Shown here one piece after another: positions 1 through 9,402 of a stretch of 42,010 bases of DNA. The position numbers were made by a program, and so were the translations under genes. Source of the DNA: an uncultured Rubrivivax sp. (GTDB lineage Bacteria; Pseudomonadota; Gammaproteobacteria; Burkholderiales; Burkholderiaceae_C); assembly GCA_964475695.1 (NCBI GenBank), contig CAYYYC010000001.1:2888-44897 (forward strand), given 5' to 3'. Position 1 is the stretch's first letter; each line of letters opens with the position of its first letter. A model generated the notes under the pieces. That model saw nothing but the letters and a program-made list of their open reading frames with translations. It was not told where the DNA came from and ran no database searches.

Positions 1-338
1 GCAGTGACCAGTTGCCGGTCGGCCAGTTGTCTCGATTGAAAGGGATGGAGCCGGGTCAGGCCGTGAAGCTTGAAGACCCTGCCGGTCTGCGGGTTTGGTG
101 GCTGCAAGCCGTGGCGGACCAGCCCGTGGAGTGGGACCGGGCCCAACCGGTGATCGAACGCCTTCTGGCCAATCAGTCTCGGGCCGAGCGTGTGCGCAGG
201 GAGATTGCGCGTTTGCGCGATCAGTCGAAGGTTGAATATGTGGGCGACTTTGCCCGCTGGGCCTCGGCGACGGAGACCCGGACAACCACGCCCGGTGACT
301 CTGCTCAAGCCAGGAATCCCGCGTCGACTGCACGATAG
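1..338 (+). CDS. 3' end of a gene entering from the left edge. Possibly an EpsD-family peptidyl-prolyl isomerase or SurA-like periplasmic protein (partial).
   Basis: The frame is open from the window edge (codons in phase with nt 3) to TAG 336-338. No catalytic motif is visible in the ~112 aa present. The assignment rests on position directly upstream of epsE-epsF-exosortase, the canonical EpsD slot in Methylobacillus-type eps loci. Confidence 0.35.
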   Translation, partial: SDQLPVGQLSRLKGMEPGQAVKLEDPAGLRVWWLQAVADQPVEWDRAQPVIERLLANQSRAERVRREIARLRDQSKVEYVGDFARWASATETRTTTPGDSAQARNPASTAR

Positions 339-343
339 CGTCG

Positions 344-1240
344 ATGAGCAGAAACCGAATTCCGGCAGGTCAGGCTGTGCCCACCCCCGGCCATCGGCTT
401 ACGCTTGGCGTTTTGGCGCTGCTGGTGGCCAGCGCCTGCTGCCCCGCTCACGCGCAGCCCCCGGCCGAGCGGGCCCCTGAAGGCGTCCATCAGCAAGCCA
501 CCCTTTCGGCGGCGGCCGACTATGTGCTGGCGCCAGGAGACCTCCTGCGCATCCTGGTCTACCAGCAGCCGGACCTTTCGATGGAGATCCGGGTTCAGGA
601 CAACGGCCAGTTGAGTTATCCGCTGATCGGGCCCCTGGCCGTGGCCGGGCTGTCTGTCTTCGACGCTGAGCGGCGCCTGGAAAACGGGCTTCGGGAGGCG
701 AAATTCCTGCGCAATCCGCAGGTGAGCATCACCGTGATGCAAGTGCGCGGGAACCTGGTGAGCATCCTGGGCCATGTCCAGCGTCCAGGGCGCTTCCCGA
801 TCGAAAAGCCTGGTCTGCGCTTGACGGAGCTCCTCGCCCAGGCCGGCGGCATCACGGCCATCGGGTCCGATGGCCTGGTCCTGATGGGGGTGAGGCAGGG
901 CGTTCCCTTCAGGCGCAAGCTTGAACTTCCGGCCCTGTTCGATGCAGACGATCCCCAGAACGATCCGGTGCTTGTCCACGGTGACGTGATCTTCGTTGAC
1001 CGCGCCCCCGTGGTCTACCTCTACGGAGAGGTTCAGCGGCCAGGCCCGGTCCGACTGGAGCGCCAGATGACCGTGCTTCAGGCGCTGGCCGCCGGAGGGG
1101 GGCCGACCCCAAGGGGCACGAGTCGTGGCCTGAAGCTGACCCGACGCGCGCTCTCCGGTGAGTTCAAGACCTGGACACCGGAGCTGGCCGCCCCGCTGAT
1201 GCCCGGCGACGTGCTGCACATACCGGAGAGCCTGTTCTGA
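344..1240 (+). CDS. epsE: Polysaccharide export outer-membrane protein, Wza/EpsE family (Poly_export + SLBB)
   Basis: ATG at 344. Signal/lipobox-like N-terminus (LALLVASAC). Poly_export signature YVLAPGDLLRILVY. Two SLBB-like repeats (VSILGHVQRPGRF, VYLYGEVQRPGPV). Confidence 0.8.
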   Translation: MSRNRIPAGQAVPTPGHRLTLGVLALLVASACCPAHAQPPAERAPEGVHQQATLSAAADYVLAPGDLLRILVYQQPDLSMEIRVQDNGQLSYPLIGPLAVAGLSVFDAERRLENGLREAKFLRNPQVSITVMQVRGNLVSILGHVQRPGRFPIEKPGLRLTELLAQAGGITAIGSDGLVLMGVRQGVPFRRKLELPALFDADDPQNDPVLVHGDVIFVDRAPVVYLYGEVQRPGPVRLERQMTVLQALAAGGGPTPRGTSRGLKLTRRALSGEFKTWTPELAAPLMPGDVLHIPESLF

Positions 1241-2538
1241 TGGATGACTCTTTGAGTGGCGGCAAAGCCATGGGGTCGCTTCTGGCGCGCCGCTGGGGCG
1301 TGATCCTTTCCGTCTGGCTTGTGGTCATGGCAACCAGCGCCGCAGTGACCGCCCTGCTGCCGCGCCAATACCTGGCCACCGCCTCTCTCGTTCTGGACAT
1401 CAAGCCAGACCCGATCGCCGGCTCCTATCCGGGATTGGTCTCCAACACCTTGGTCACCACCCAGGTGGATGTGCTGATGAGCGAGCGGGTGGCGCGTCGT
1501 GTCGTGCGGAATCTGCGACTGCTGGACAACCCCACGCTCAAGGCCCAGTGGGAGGCCGAAGTGGAGGCGGAGCAGCCGATGGAGCAGTGGCTCCTGGAGC
1601 TGTTGAAGAAGCGGGTCGATGTGAGGCCGTCCCGCGAGTCCAATGTGATTCAGGTGTCCTACCGGGCGAACGATCCGAAAACAGCCGCCGCGCTGGCCAA
1701 CGGATTCGTTCAGGCCTACCTCGACACCGCCTTGGAGCTCAGAGTGGATCCGGCGCGGCAATTCAGCAGTTTCTTCGATGAGCGCTCGCGTGAGGCCCGT
1801 GCGGCACTGACTGCGGCCCAGGGCCGTCTGGCCAGCTTCGAGGCCCGTCAAGGCCTGCTGGTGACCGATGAGCGCATGGATGTGGAGAACGCTCGCCTGG
1901 CCGAGCTCTCGAGCCAGGTCGCCGTGGCGATGGGCCAGCGCAGTGATGCGGCCAGCCGTCTGGAGGCGGTGCGGATTCGGCCTCTGCAGGAACTGCCCGA
2001 TGTGCTGTCGCACAGCGTGGTCTCCGGCCTTCGGGCCGAGCACAGCCGCATGGCCGCTCGCCTGCAGGAGATGGATGCCCGCCTCGGACCCGAACACCCA
2101 CAGCGGCAGGAGGCGGCAGCGGGCCTTGCCGAGCTGGAGCAGCGAATCGTCGCAGAGTCCCAACGCGTTGGGGCGGGCATCGAGTCGCACCACCTGATTG
2201 CCCAACGCCGCCTGGCAGGATCGCTGGCGCAATTGGCCGGCCAGCGGGAGCGGGTGCTGCAGATGAAGGCGGCCCGAAATGAGGCCAGCGTCCTGAGCCG
2301 GGAAGTCGAGAATGCCCAGCGCGCCTACGATGCGCTCGTCGGAAGGCAGCAGCTGACCCAGCTTGAGAGCCAGACCACCCAAGGTCAGGCGAACTGGCTG
2401 AGTGCGGCGGTCCCTCCGTCCCAAGCCGACTCTCCCCGCCCGGTGCTCAACCTGCTCCTGGCCGCCTTCTTCGGCGCGGTGCTGGCGCTGGCCGTGGCCT
2501 GGATCCTGGAGAGCCGAAGGTCAACGGGTGTGGCATGA
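1240..2538 (+). CDS. epsF: Polysaccharide co-polymerase / chain-length determinant, EpsF-like (Wzz domain, no kinase domain)
   Basis: The ATG overlaps the epsE stop (TGATG). N-terminal TM plus Wzz-like LPRQYLATASLVLDIKPDPI, a long coiled-coil-like middle and a C-terminal TM (LLLAAFFGAVLALAVAWIL). No Walker A motif seen. Confidence 0.75.
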   Translation: MDDSLSGGKAMGSLLARRWGVILSVWLVVMATSAAVTALLPRQYLATASLVLDIKPDPIAGSYPGLVSNTLVTTQVDVLMSERVARRVVRNLRLLDNPTLKAQWEAEVEAEQPMEQWLLELLKKRVDVRPSRESNVIQVSYRANDPKTAAALANGFVQAYLDTALELRVDPARQFSSFFDERSREARAALTAAQGRLASFEARQGLLVTDERMDVENARLAELSSQVAVAMGQRSDAASRLEAVRIRPLQELPDVLSHSVVSGLRAEHSRMAARLQEMDARLGPEHPQRQEAAAGLAELEQRIVAESQRVGAGIESHHLIAQRRLAGSLAQLAGQRERVLQMKAARNEASVLSREVENAQRAYDALVGRQQLTQLESQTTQGQANWLSAAVPPSQADSPRPVLNLLLAAFFGAVLALAVAWILESRRSTGVA

Positions 2539-3479
2539 CGGCCCATCAGGCGCGGCCCGGGATCGTTTCGGGCTGGATGCAAGGTCGCTGGGGGTGGGTG
2601 CTTCTGGGCGCCGGATTCCTGGCTCTGGCCACCCCGACCCTATGGCGCTTGTCCCAATGGGTCTGGCCATCGGACGACCAGGGCCACGGGCCTCTGGTTC
2701 TGGGCGTCTCCACCGTGCTGCTGATCCGGCGCTGGCGGAAAGCCCGCTCGGTGGCCGAGGCGGTCGAGGGACCGGCTGGACACACCTCCGACAGCATCGT
2801 CGCCTGGGCGGTGATTGTCTTTTCCCTTCTGCTGTACTTCGTCGGCCGGTCTCAGGCGATCCTGATGGCCGAGGTGGGCTCGCTGACAGCGCTCCTGTCG
2901 GCGCTGCTGCTCCTGCATCTGGGGCGCGCGGGCCTGAAGGTGCTGGCCTTTCCCTTGGCCTTTCTGCTGTTCATGATTCCGTTGCCGGAGGCCTTGGTGG
3001 CCACCTTGACGGCACCCATGAAATCGGCGGTGTCCAATGTCGCGGCAGCCTTGCTTCAGGCGATAGGACAGCCGGTTGCGCGATCGGGCGTGATGCTGAC
3101 CGCAGGCCCATACCAGCTGCTCGTGGCCGATGCCTGCGCCGGATTGACCACGCTGTTCACGCTCGAAGCCCTGGGCCTGCTCTACCTCCACCTGCGGGGC
3201 TATGCCTCCTGGGGGAGGAATGCCTTGATGGCTCTGATGGTCGTGCCGATTTCGTTCATGGCCAATGTCCTGCGGGTGATGACTCTGGTGCTGGTGACCC
3301 TGTATTGGGGTGATGCGGCCGGCCAGGGATTTGCCCACGACTTTGCCGGCATCTCGCTGTTCCTGGCCGCCCTGGTGCTGCTGATCCTGGCCGATGCCGG
3401 CATCGAGCTGATGACCGTCACCTGGCGCCGCTGGTCCGGGAAACGACCCGGCTTCAAGTCTGTAGGACAGGCATCATGA
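2535..3479 (+). CDS. xrtB: Exosortase (EpsH family). Subfamily B (XrtB) is inferred from context.
   Basis: ATGA overlap with epsF. Polytopic membrane protein with exosortase motifs: GHGPLV, MIPLPEAL, the Cys in LLVADACAGLTTL, the Arg in FMANVLRV and the His in FAHDFAG. The subfamily call rests on a separate EpsI gene downstream and EpsE/EpsF upstream. Confidence 0.8.
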   Translation: MTAHQARPGIVSGWMQGRWGWVLLGAGFLALATPTLWRLSQWVWPSDDQGHGPLVLGVSTVLLIRRWRKARSVAEAVEGPAGHTSDSIVAWAVIVFSLLLYFVGRSQAILMAEVGSLTALLSALLLLHLGRAGLKVLAFPLAFLLFMIPLPEALVATLTAPMKSAVSNVAAALLQAIGQPVARSGVMLTAGPYQLLVADACAGLTTLFTLEALGLLYLHLRGYASWGRNALMALMVVPISFMANVLRVMTLVLVTLYWGDAAGQGFAHDFAGISLFLAALVLLILADAGIELMTVTWRRWSGKRPGFKSVGQAS

Positions 3480-4177
3480 ACCGCCGGGGTGCAGTGCTTG
3501 CCGGCGCCATGCTGGCCACCGCCGGATTGAGCGAATGGGCTACCCCGCGCCGCCTGATGGCGGTCGAGTCCCCGATCCCGCCGCTGAGCGACCTCCTGCC
3601 GCTCAACTTCGGCGCCTGGCGGGGCGAGGACGCGTCTGGACACCAGCTGGTGGCGGCCGATGTGCAGGCGGTCCTGGACCATCTGTACCAGCAGACGCTG
3701 TCGCGGTTCTACCGACATCCACGGCTCGGTGTCACCATGCTTTCCGTGGCCTACGGCGGCGATCAATCAGACGCCACCCGGGTGCACCGACCCGAGGTCT
3801 GCTACCCGGCCCAAGGGTTCGTGATCGGCCCTCTGCGCCGGGAGCGGCTGACGCTGGGAAACCCGCCGCATCGGCGGCGGCTGCCGATCAGCCGGGTCAC
3901 GGCGAAGTTGGGCTCGCGCAACGAGCCGATCACCTACTGGATCACGGTGGGGTACCGTGTGGCGACCCGCTCACTGGAACAGAAGGCCATTCAGATTCGA
4001 TACGGGCTCACCGGGGTGGTTCCCGATGGGCTTCTGGTCCGAGTCTCCTCCCTTCACCGCGATTCCGAGGAGGGTTGGTGGATGCAGAACCGCTTCATTG
4101 ACGGCCTCTTCATGGCCCTGTCCGGCCACCACCGCGATCGGGTGTTCGGCGCACCACTCGAGAGTGATCACGCATGA
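3476..4177 (+). CDS. epsI: EpsI-family exosortase-associated protein
   Basis: ATGA overlap with the exosortase stop. Single N-terminal hydrophobic anchor (AVLAGAMLATAGL). EpsI-type signature HRPEVCYPAQGF. Confidence 0.75.
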   Translation: MNRRGAVLAGAMLATAGLSEWATPRRLMAVESPIPPLSDLLPLNFGAWRGEDASGHQLVAADVQAVLDHLYQQTLSRFYRHPRLGVTMLSVAYGGDQSDATRVHRPEVCYPAQGFVIGPLRRERLTLGNPPHRRRLPISRVTAKLGSRNEPITYWITVGYRVATRSLEQKAIQIRYGLTGVVPDGLLVRVSSLHRDSEEGWWMQNRFIDGLFMALSGHHRDRVFGAPLESDHA

Positions 4178-5811
4178 CGCGGTGGTCGCGGGTCTGGCCG
4201 GATGCGGCCGTCGTGGCTCCGGCTCTGATGGTGGCGGTGCTGGTCGGCATGGCCATGGCTTTTCTGCCGCTGCAGTCCAGCATCCTTCTGTTGTCCCTGG
4301 GCGCGCTGGCCTTGGTGCTCATCGCCTCCTGGCCGGTCCTGTTCTGGTCATTCATGTTTGTCCTGGGCTGCATCGTCGGGCCGCTGCAGTATCTCGGGGG
4401 CTTCACCAAGGCATTCTGGCTGCCGCACCTGATGGGTGTGCTGATGGCCGCACGGATCATGAGCGAGCAGATGGCAGGCAGCGCAAGCCGAGCGCCGAAT
4501 CCCAACCTCCAGCGCGTGTTTCCGGTCGCAGCCCCTCCCGTGGGTTCCGGCCTGCCGTTGCCCCTGGGCAGCCTGGACCGAAAGATTTCGCTGGGCATTG
4601 GCCTGGCGCTCGGCATGGCGGCGGTGTTTGCGATCACGCTGCTCCTGTCAAGCCTGGCCCATCGAGCCGGCGTCATGCAGGCCCTGATCGGCGGCAAGGA
4701 ATACCTGTTCCTCCTGAGCCTGCCGATGGCATTCGGGCTCGGCTTGCTGAAGACAAAGCAGCTCTGGCTTCTTTGGCCGGCCCTGTCTGTTTGGCTCAGT
4801 GTCCAGGCGCTGATGGTTCTTTGGCAAAGGTTTGTGATCGCCCCCCGACGGGGTGGCGATGCGCCTTGGGATGCGGTGGTGGGACTCTTTGCCGGGAAAG
4901 CCAATGGCGCCGGAGGGAGTGGAACCATGGCCATGGTGTCCTTGTGGGCGGCCTTCGGGGTGTTCACGGCGTGGCGCAGCGGACTGTTGCGCTGGCCGTG
5001 GGCCTTGCTGGCCAGTCTCAGCGCCTTGCTGGCCTGCGCCTTGGCCGAAGTGAAGATCGCGGTTGTGCTGCTGCCGTTGCTGGCGCTGATTTCGGTGGCC
5101 TCCAATCCACCCGGTGAGGCCGCCTTGGCTCCAAGCCCTGCAAGCCGCCGCAGGCCGTGGATGCAGGCCTTGTTCCTGGCCTGTGTTGTGGCCCTCTCGG
5201 CGCTGCTGCTGCTGGCGCACCAGCAGCAATTCACGGCGTCTGGCAGTGCAGCATCCAGGTCGCCTCTGGACTACCTCGAGACGACGATCGACCGCAACCT
5301 GGATGCCCGAGCCTGGGCGGACTCCCATGGGCAACTGACGCGCCTTGGCGCCATTCAGTATTGGTGGTCTCGTCAATCGGGAAGTGACATCCCCGGATGG
5401 CTGATCGGGCACGGCGTCGGCGCGGTGCGCCGCTCCGCCCTGGCCCCCAGCGATCTGCTGCAAGGCCTTCGATTCGAGCCCGGTCGAAGCACCGCAGTCA
5501 TCCTGCTTTGGGAAACCGGCATTCTGGGACTGGCCGCGTGGCTCCTGTCCTCGCTTGCATTTCTGCGGGTGGGCACTCTCCTGCTGAAGGCCGAGCAGGA
5601 CGGCAGAGAGGCCGTGTTCCTGCGCGCCGCGGTGGCCGCCATCGCCATCACGCTCCTGAGCCTTCCCTACGGCGCAGACTGGTTTGAGGCGCCCCACCTG
5701 GCGACGATGCACCTCCTGGGCATCGGGTGGATCTGTGGCGCCTGCCGCCGACACCGGCTGCCCGAAGCGGCGCCCTGCCCTGCGCCCGTCGGTGCGCATG
5801 GACCGACATGA
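4174..5811 (+). CDS. Polytopic membrane protein of the O-antigen ligase/polymerase (Wzy_C-like) family. Probable EPS polymerase or exosortase-system O-glycosylation ligase.
   Basis: ATGA overlap with epsI. Ten or more hydrophobic segments. Wzy_C-like loop and helix (LIGHGVGAVRRS ... ILLWETGILGLAAWLL). Confidence 0.55.
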   Translation: MTRWSRVWPDAAVVAPALMVAVLVGMAMAFLPLQSSILLLSLGALALVLIASWPVLFWSFMFVLGCIVGPLQYLGGFTKAFWLPHLMGVLMAARIMSEQMAGSASRAPNPNLQRVFPVAAPPVGSGLPLPLGSLDRKISLGIGLALGMAAVFAITLLLSSLAHRAGVMQALIGGKEYLFLLSLPMAFGLGLLKTKQLWLLWPALSVWLSVQALMVLWQRFVIAPRRGGDAPWDAVVGLFAGKANGAGGSGTMAMVSLWAAFGVFTAWRSGLLRWPWALLASLSALLACALAEVKIAVVLLPLLALISVASNPPGEAALAPSPASRRRPWMQALFLACVVALSALLLLAHQQQFTASGSAASRSPLDYLETTIDRNLDARAWADSHGQLTRLGAIQYWWSRQSGSDIPGWLIGHGVGAVRRSALAPSDLLQGLRFEPGRSTAVILLWETGILGLAAWLLSSLAFLRVGTLLLKAEQDGREAVFLRAAVAAIAITLLSLPYGADWFEAPHLATMHLLGIGWICGACRRHRLPEAAPCPAPVGAHGPT

Positions 5812-6890
5812 CCGGCGTATCGATCGTGATCAAGTGCCTCAACGAAGAAAAGAAGATCGACGAGGCAATCCGCTCAGCGCTTGCCGCCGCTGCGGAGCTC
5901 GGCCCCCTGCCATTGGAAGTGGTGGTGGCCGACGGCCTGTCCACGGACCACACCATTGCCCGCGCCACCCGCTGGGCGAAGTCTGCGCCGGTGCGCGTTG
6001 TCCAGCTCCTGCGCAAGGAGGACAGGGGATGCGGCGCCGGCGTGGAGCTTGGCTTCATCCGGTCCAGGGGCGACCGGGTCCTCTTCATGGACGGCGACAT
6101 GACTCTTCTTCCCGGCTTTCTGGGCCGGGCCATGCGCTATCTCGATGAGCATCCGGATTGCGCAGGCGTGGCTGGTCTGATGTTCGAGGCCACCGTCATC
6201 AATGGCACAGACAGGATTCGCACCCGGCAGGGCCTCAACAGTCGCTCGGGAGACCAACCCTGGTTGAATGGAGGCGGACTGTATCGCCGTGAAGCGCTGC
6301 AGTCGGCCGGAGGTTACGCCGGTGATCCCCGCCTTGCCGCCTACGAGGAGGCAGATCTGGGCCTGCGGCTGCAGCGCGCCGGCTGGCGACTGCACCGACT
6401 CGACGAGCCCTCCATGCAGCACGCGGGCCATGCCATGCCCACCTGGAAAGTGCTGATGTCGCGCTGGCGCGGACGGCGATACGAGGCCGCGGGAAGGCTG
6501 CTCAAACTCCACGGCTCCAAGCCCAATGGCAGCCGCGCCTGGCGTCTCCTGGCCCACCCGGTGAGCCTGATCGCGGTCTGGCTTCTGCTGGCGGTTCTGG
6601 TTCCGGTTGCCTGGATGATGCAGGCCACCGCGCCGATCCAATGGGCATCGGCCGGTGTCGCCGCCGTGCTGCTGCTGCAGATCGCGATCAAGCGAGACCT
6701 CAGCCACATCCTGACCTCCTGGGTGGATTGGCACCTGCTGATGGCCGGCATCATGCTCGGCTGTCTGCGCCCGATGCGCCGGCGTCATGCCCGGATCGAT
6801 CACCGGGTTCTGGCCGATGGGACTGCGTCACCGCTGGCGGGCCGTCTCGATCACGCCCGCCCGAGACACCTCAAAGTCGCGGCCGCGTGA
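5808..6890 (+). CDS. Family 2 glycosyltransferase with a C-terminal membrane tail
   Basis: The internal ATG at 5808 overlaps the upstream stop (ATGA). GT2 N-terminus VSIVIKCLNEEKKIDEAI and the DxD-type FMDGDM motif. Two or three C-terminal TM segments (LIAVWLLLAVLVPVAWMM, GVAAVLLLQIAI, LLMAGIMLGCL). Confidence 0.75.
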   Translation: MTGVSIVIKCLNEEKKIDEAIRSALAAAAELGPLPLEVVVADGLSTDHTIARATRWAKSAPVRVVQLLRKEDRGCGAGVELGFIRSRGDRVLFMDGDMTLLPGFLGRAMRYLDEHPDCAGVAGLMFEATVINGTDRIRTRQGLNSRSGDQPWLNGGGLYRREALQSAGGYAGDPRLAAYEEADLGLRLQRAGWRLHRLDEPSMQHAGHAMPTWKVLMSRWRGRRYEAAGRLLKLHGSKPNGSRAWRLLAHPVSLIAVWLLLAVLVPVAWMMQATAPIQWASAGVAAVLLLQIAIKRDLSHILTSWVDWHLLMAGIMLGCLRPMRRRHARIDHRVLADGTASPLAGRLDHARPRHLKVAAA

Positions 6891-8476
6891 TGGAGCATGT
6901 GCGAAAGGCACTGGGCCGTCTGGTCCTGGGCAAGGCCCTGACGGTTCTGCTCGGCCTTTTGGTCCTGGTGCTGCTCTGGCGGCGGGTCGCGCCCTCCGCC
7001 TATGGCCAGTATCTGAGTCTTCTGGCGGGGGCGGAAATCTTGTCCGCCATCAGCTCCCTTGGCCTTTCCACGGTGGCCCAGCGACACCTTCCGGTCTGGA
7101 TTGCGCACGCCCAGAGTCCCGGGCAGGCCTGGGGACGGATCGCTTGGATCCTGCTGCTGCGGATCGTTCTGGCCGGGATCTTCCTGGTGATTTTCCTGGC
7201 GTTCGCCTCGTCCCGGTGGTTTCCGTGGCCCGAATTCCCGGCGCCACCGGATCCGACTCCCGCGCTGGCATTGGTCCTGGCCACCATCCTGATGCGCAGC
7301 CTCGAAGAGATCCAGGCCGCCCTGCTGATGCAGGCGTGGATCCAGGGGCTCGCGACAGCGGCTCATGGCGCCAGGTTGCTTGCGCTGTCCTCATTGGGCT
7401 CGGCGGCGCCGGCAGATCTCGATTGGCTGATATCCCTCGAGCTGTCGATCGCCGGCACCGTCGCTGCGATCGGCGTTCTGGCCACGGTTCTGCGGACATG
7501 GCACAGGCCGGGCTCGGAAAAATCACTGCTCAATGAGGCCCCCTGCCCCTGGTTCGCCGCATGGCGCCGGTCTCTTGAGTTCTGGGTGATTCAATGCCTT
7601 GGCCTGGCCTGGAGTCTTCATGTGCTGCGCCTGATGCTCCACGCGGTGGCGGGCCCGATGGCGGTGGCGGTGCACAGTGTGGCCTTCTCGATGGCGGAGT
7701 CTCTGCGTCAGGCCACACCCCTGGTCTGGATGACGGGCTGGCTTCGGGCAGCCATGCTTCACCTTCAGGCTGAGCAGCCGCAAGGCCCGATGGCCCTTGG
7801 CCTTGCGTCCGCCGTTCATCGGCTGAGCCTGCTCATGTTGTGGCCCGTGGTCTGCGCCTGGTGCGTGGAGCCCGCCGCCTGGTTTCGATGGGCCGGCGGC
7901 ACGGAGATGTTCAACATGGCGCAGGACTTGAGCCGCGATCATCCGCTGGCGCCCGCAGCCACAGGGCTTCTGGCCGCCACGGCCGTGCTGGCGCCAATCC
8001 AGAATCGCCATCTCCTCCTGTCACTGTGGGCCACAGTGCTGCAGAGGCCCGGCTGGGGTGTTCCAGCCAGCGTCGGAGCGGCACTCGCCGTGTCGTCTTT
8101 CGCCGGCTTGTGGCCCCTGCTGGGCCTTTGGAGCGCGCCGGCAGTCATGGTGTTGGCTGAAGTCCTGTGGATCACAACAGCCAGCCGGGGTTGGGTTGAG
8201 GCTCGGCTTGACGCGACCCGTCGATGGCACGCCGCGGCTCTTCCCTTGGTGGCGCTCACCGCGGCTGGCATGGCCAGCCTCGCGCTCGATCAGGTGCCCG
8301 GTCACCCGGCTGAACTGCGCTTGTTCATTCCCCTCATCTGTGCCCTGGCGGCGACGGCGCTTCTGAGCTGGGCCCGCTCGCCATGGACCCCAGAAGAAAG
8401 GGCGGCGCTGGCGCATGTCCTTCCACCCGGCTTCGTCGCCCTGCCCTGGCGATGGCTGCGGAGATCCTCATGGTGA
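6890..8476 (+). CDS. Polytopic membrane protein, probable Wzx-type oligosaccharide flippase (MOP superfamily)
   Basis: ATG at 6890 overlaps the GT2 stop (GTGATGG). About 12-14 hydrophobic segments. The N-terminus resembles the Polysacc_synt family (ALTVLLGLLVLVLLWRRVAPSAYGQYLSLLAG). The call rests partly on context. Confidence 0.5.
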   Translation: MEHVRKALGRLVLGKALTVLLGLLVLVLLWRRVAPSAYGQYLSLLAGAEILSAISSLGLSTVAQRHLPVWIAHAQSPGQAWGRIAWILLLRIVLAGIFLVIFLAFASSRWFPWPEFPAPPDPTPALALVLATILMRSLEEIQAALLMQAWIQGLATAAHGARLLALSSLGSAAPADLDWLISLELSIAGTVAAIGVLATVLRTWHRPGSEKSLLNEAPCPWFAAWRRSLEFWVIQCLGLAWSLHVLRLMLHAVAGPMAVAVHSVAFSMAESLRQATPLVWMTGWLRAAMLHLQAEQPQGPMALGLASAVHRLSLLMLWPVVCAWCVEPAAWFRWAGGTEMFNMAQDLSRDHPLAPAATGLLAATAVLAPIQNRHLLLSLWATVLQRPGWGVPASVGAALAVSSFAGLWPLLGLWSAPAVMVLAEVLWITTASRGWVEARLDATRRWHAAALPLVALTAAGMASLALDQVPGHPAELRLFIPLICALAATALLSWARSPWTPEERAALAHVLPPGFVALPWRWLRRSSW

Positions 8477-9402
8477 ATCGCGCCTCAGGCATCCGCCGGA
8501 CCGTTCGCAAACTCAGGAATCTTTGGGCGAACTTTCATGCGCATCTCCAAGACGCCAGGCACTTTGCCTCGGCCAGCGGCCTTCTGGGCGACCAGCGGTC
8601 CGCCGTGCGAGCCGCCCATGTGCTCAAGACTGCACACCGTCTGGACAAGGGCTTGGCTCTGCCCTTTCCCAAGCCGACATTCGGCTCCCACGCCGCCCGA
8701 TTGCTCGACAGCCAGCTCAAGCGTCACTTTGAGATGAATGGCGAAGACTGGATCTGGCAGCTGGGCCGGGACGCCTTGAGCCGCCATCGCAGCCATGCCT
8801 GCGGTTCAGCAGCCCAGGCGCTGAGCGTTTCCATGAGCGCCAGCCAGGTTCAAGCCGCCGCGCGCGGGCCCTTCCCCGACCTGGTCAGGGCAAGACGAAG
8901 CGTTCGTCAATTCGCTGCGGGCGCCTTGCCCGCCGGCAGCCTGCGAAGGGCCGCGGAACTGGCGGCTCAGTCCCCATCCGTGTGCAACCGATCCGGAGCC
9001 AGGGTCTGGGTGGCTACCGATCCTGAACACCGGCGGCAGGTCCTCGCCCTGCAGGATGGCCACCAGGGGTTCGGAGACCAAGCCTCAGCCGTGGCGGTGG
9101 TTACCGTGGACATGTCGGTCTTCCATACGGTGGGCGAACGGCATCAGGCCTGGGTGGATGGAGGCCTCTTCGCGATGACCTTCATCTATGCCCTGCACCA
9201 CGAAGGCTTGGGAACCTGTTGCCTGAATTGGTGCGTCGACCCAAAGACCGACCAGGCATTCAAGCAATCACTGGGCCTGGCGCCACAGGAAACCGTGGTG
9301 ATGCTGCTGGCCATTGGCCGCCTGCCCGAAAGATTCACCGTCGCCCACAGTCCGCGCAGACCGCTGTCCGAAGTTCTTCGAAATCTGGAGAGAGCCGATT
9401 GA
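8470..9402 (+). CDS. Nitroreductase-family flavoprotein with an ~140-aa N-terminal extension
   Basis: ATG at 8470 overlaps the upstream stop (ATGGTGA). Nitroreductase-like core: RRSVRQFAAGALP, SPSVCNRSGARVWV, AWVDGGLFAMTFIYALHHEGLGTC. Confidence 0.7.
   Translation: MVNRASGIRRTVRKLRNLWANFHAHLQDARHFASASGLLGDQRSAVRAAHVLKTAHRLDKGLALPFPKPTFGSHAARLLDSQLKRHFEMNGEDWIWQLGRDALSRHRSHACGSAAQALSVSMSASQVQAAARGPFPDLVRARRSVRQFAAGALPAGSLRRAAELAAQSPSVCNRSGARVWVATDPEHRRQVLALQDGHQGFGDQASAVAVVTVDMSVFHTVGERHQAWVDGGLFAMTFIYALHHEGLGTCCLNWCVDPKTDQAFKQSLGLAPQETVVMLLAIGRLPERFTVAHSPRRPLSEVLRNLERAD

Noticed and set aside
1078-2424. 448-aa ORF antisense to epsF
   Set aside because: It lies entirely opposite a CDS with clear Wzz/PCP features. 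Its translation is an Arg/Gly/Leu/His-rich string with no motif. It is a typical high-GC shadow ORF.
2400-2540. Hidden or fused EpsG-type tyrosine kinase at the epsF/exosortase junction
   Set aside because: EpsF ends in a TM helix and overlaps the exosortase ATG. I found no Walker A/B or Tyr-rich tail in any frame here.
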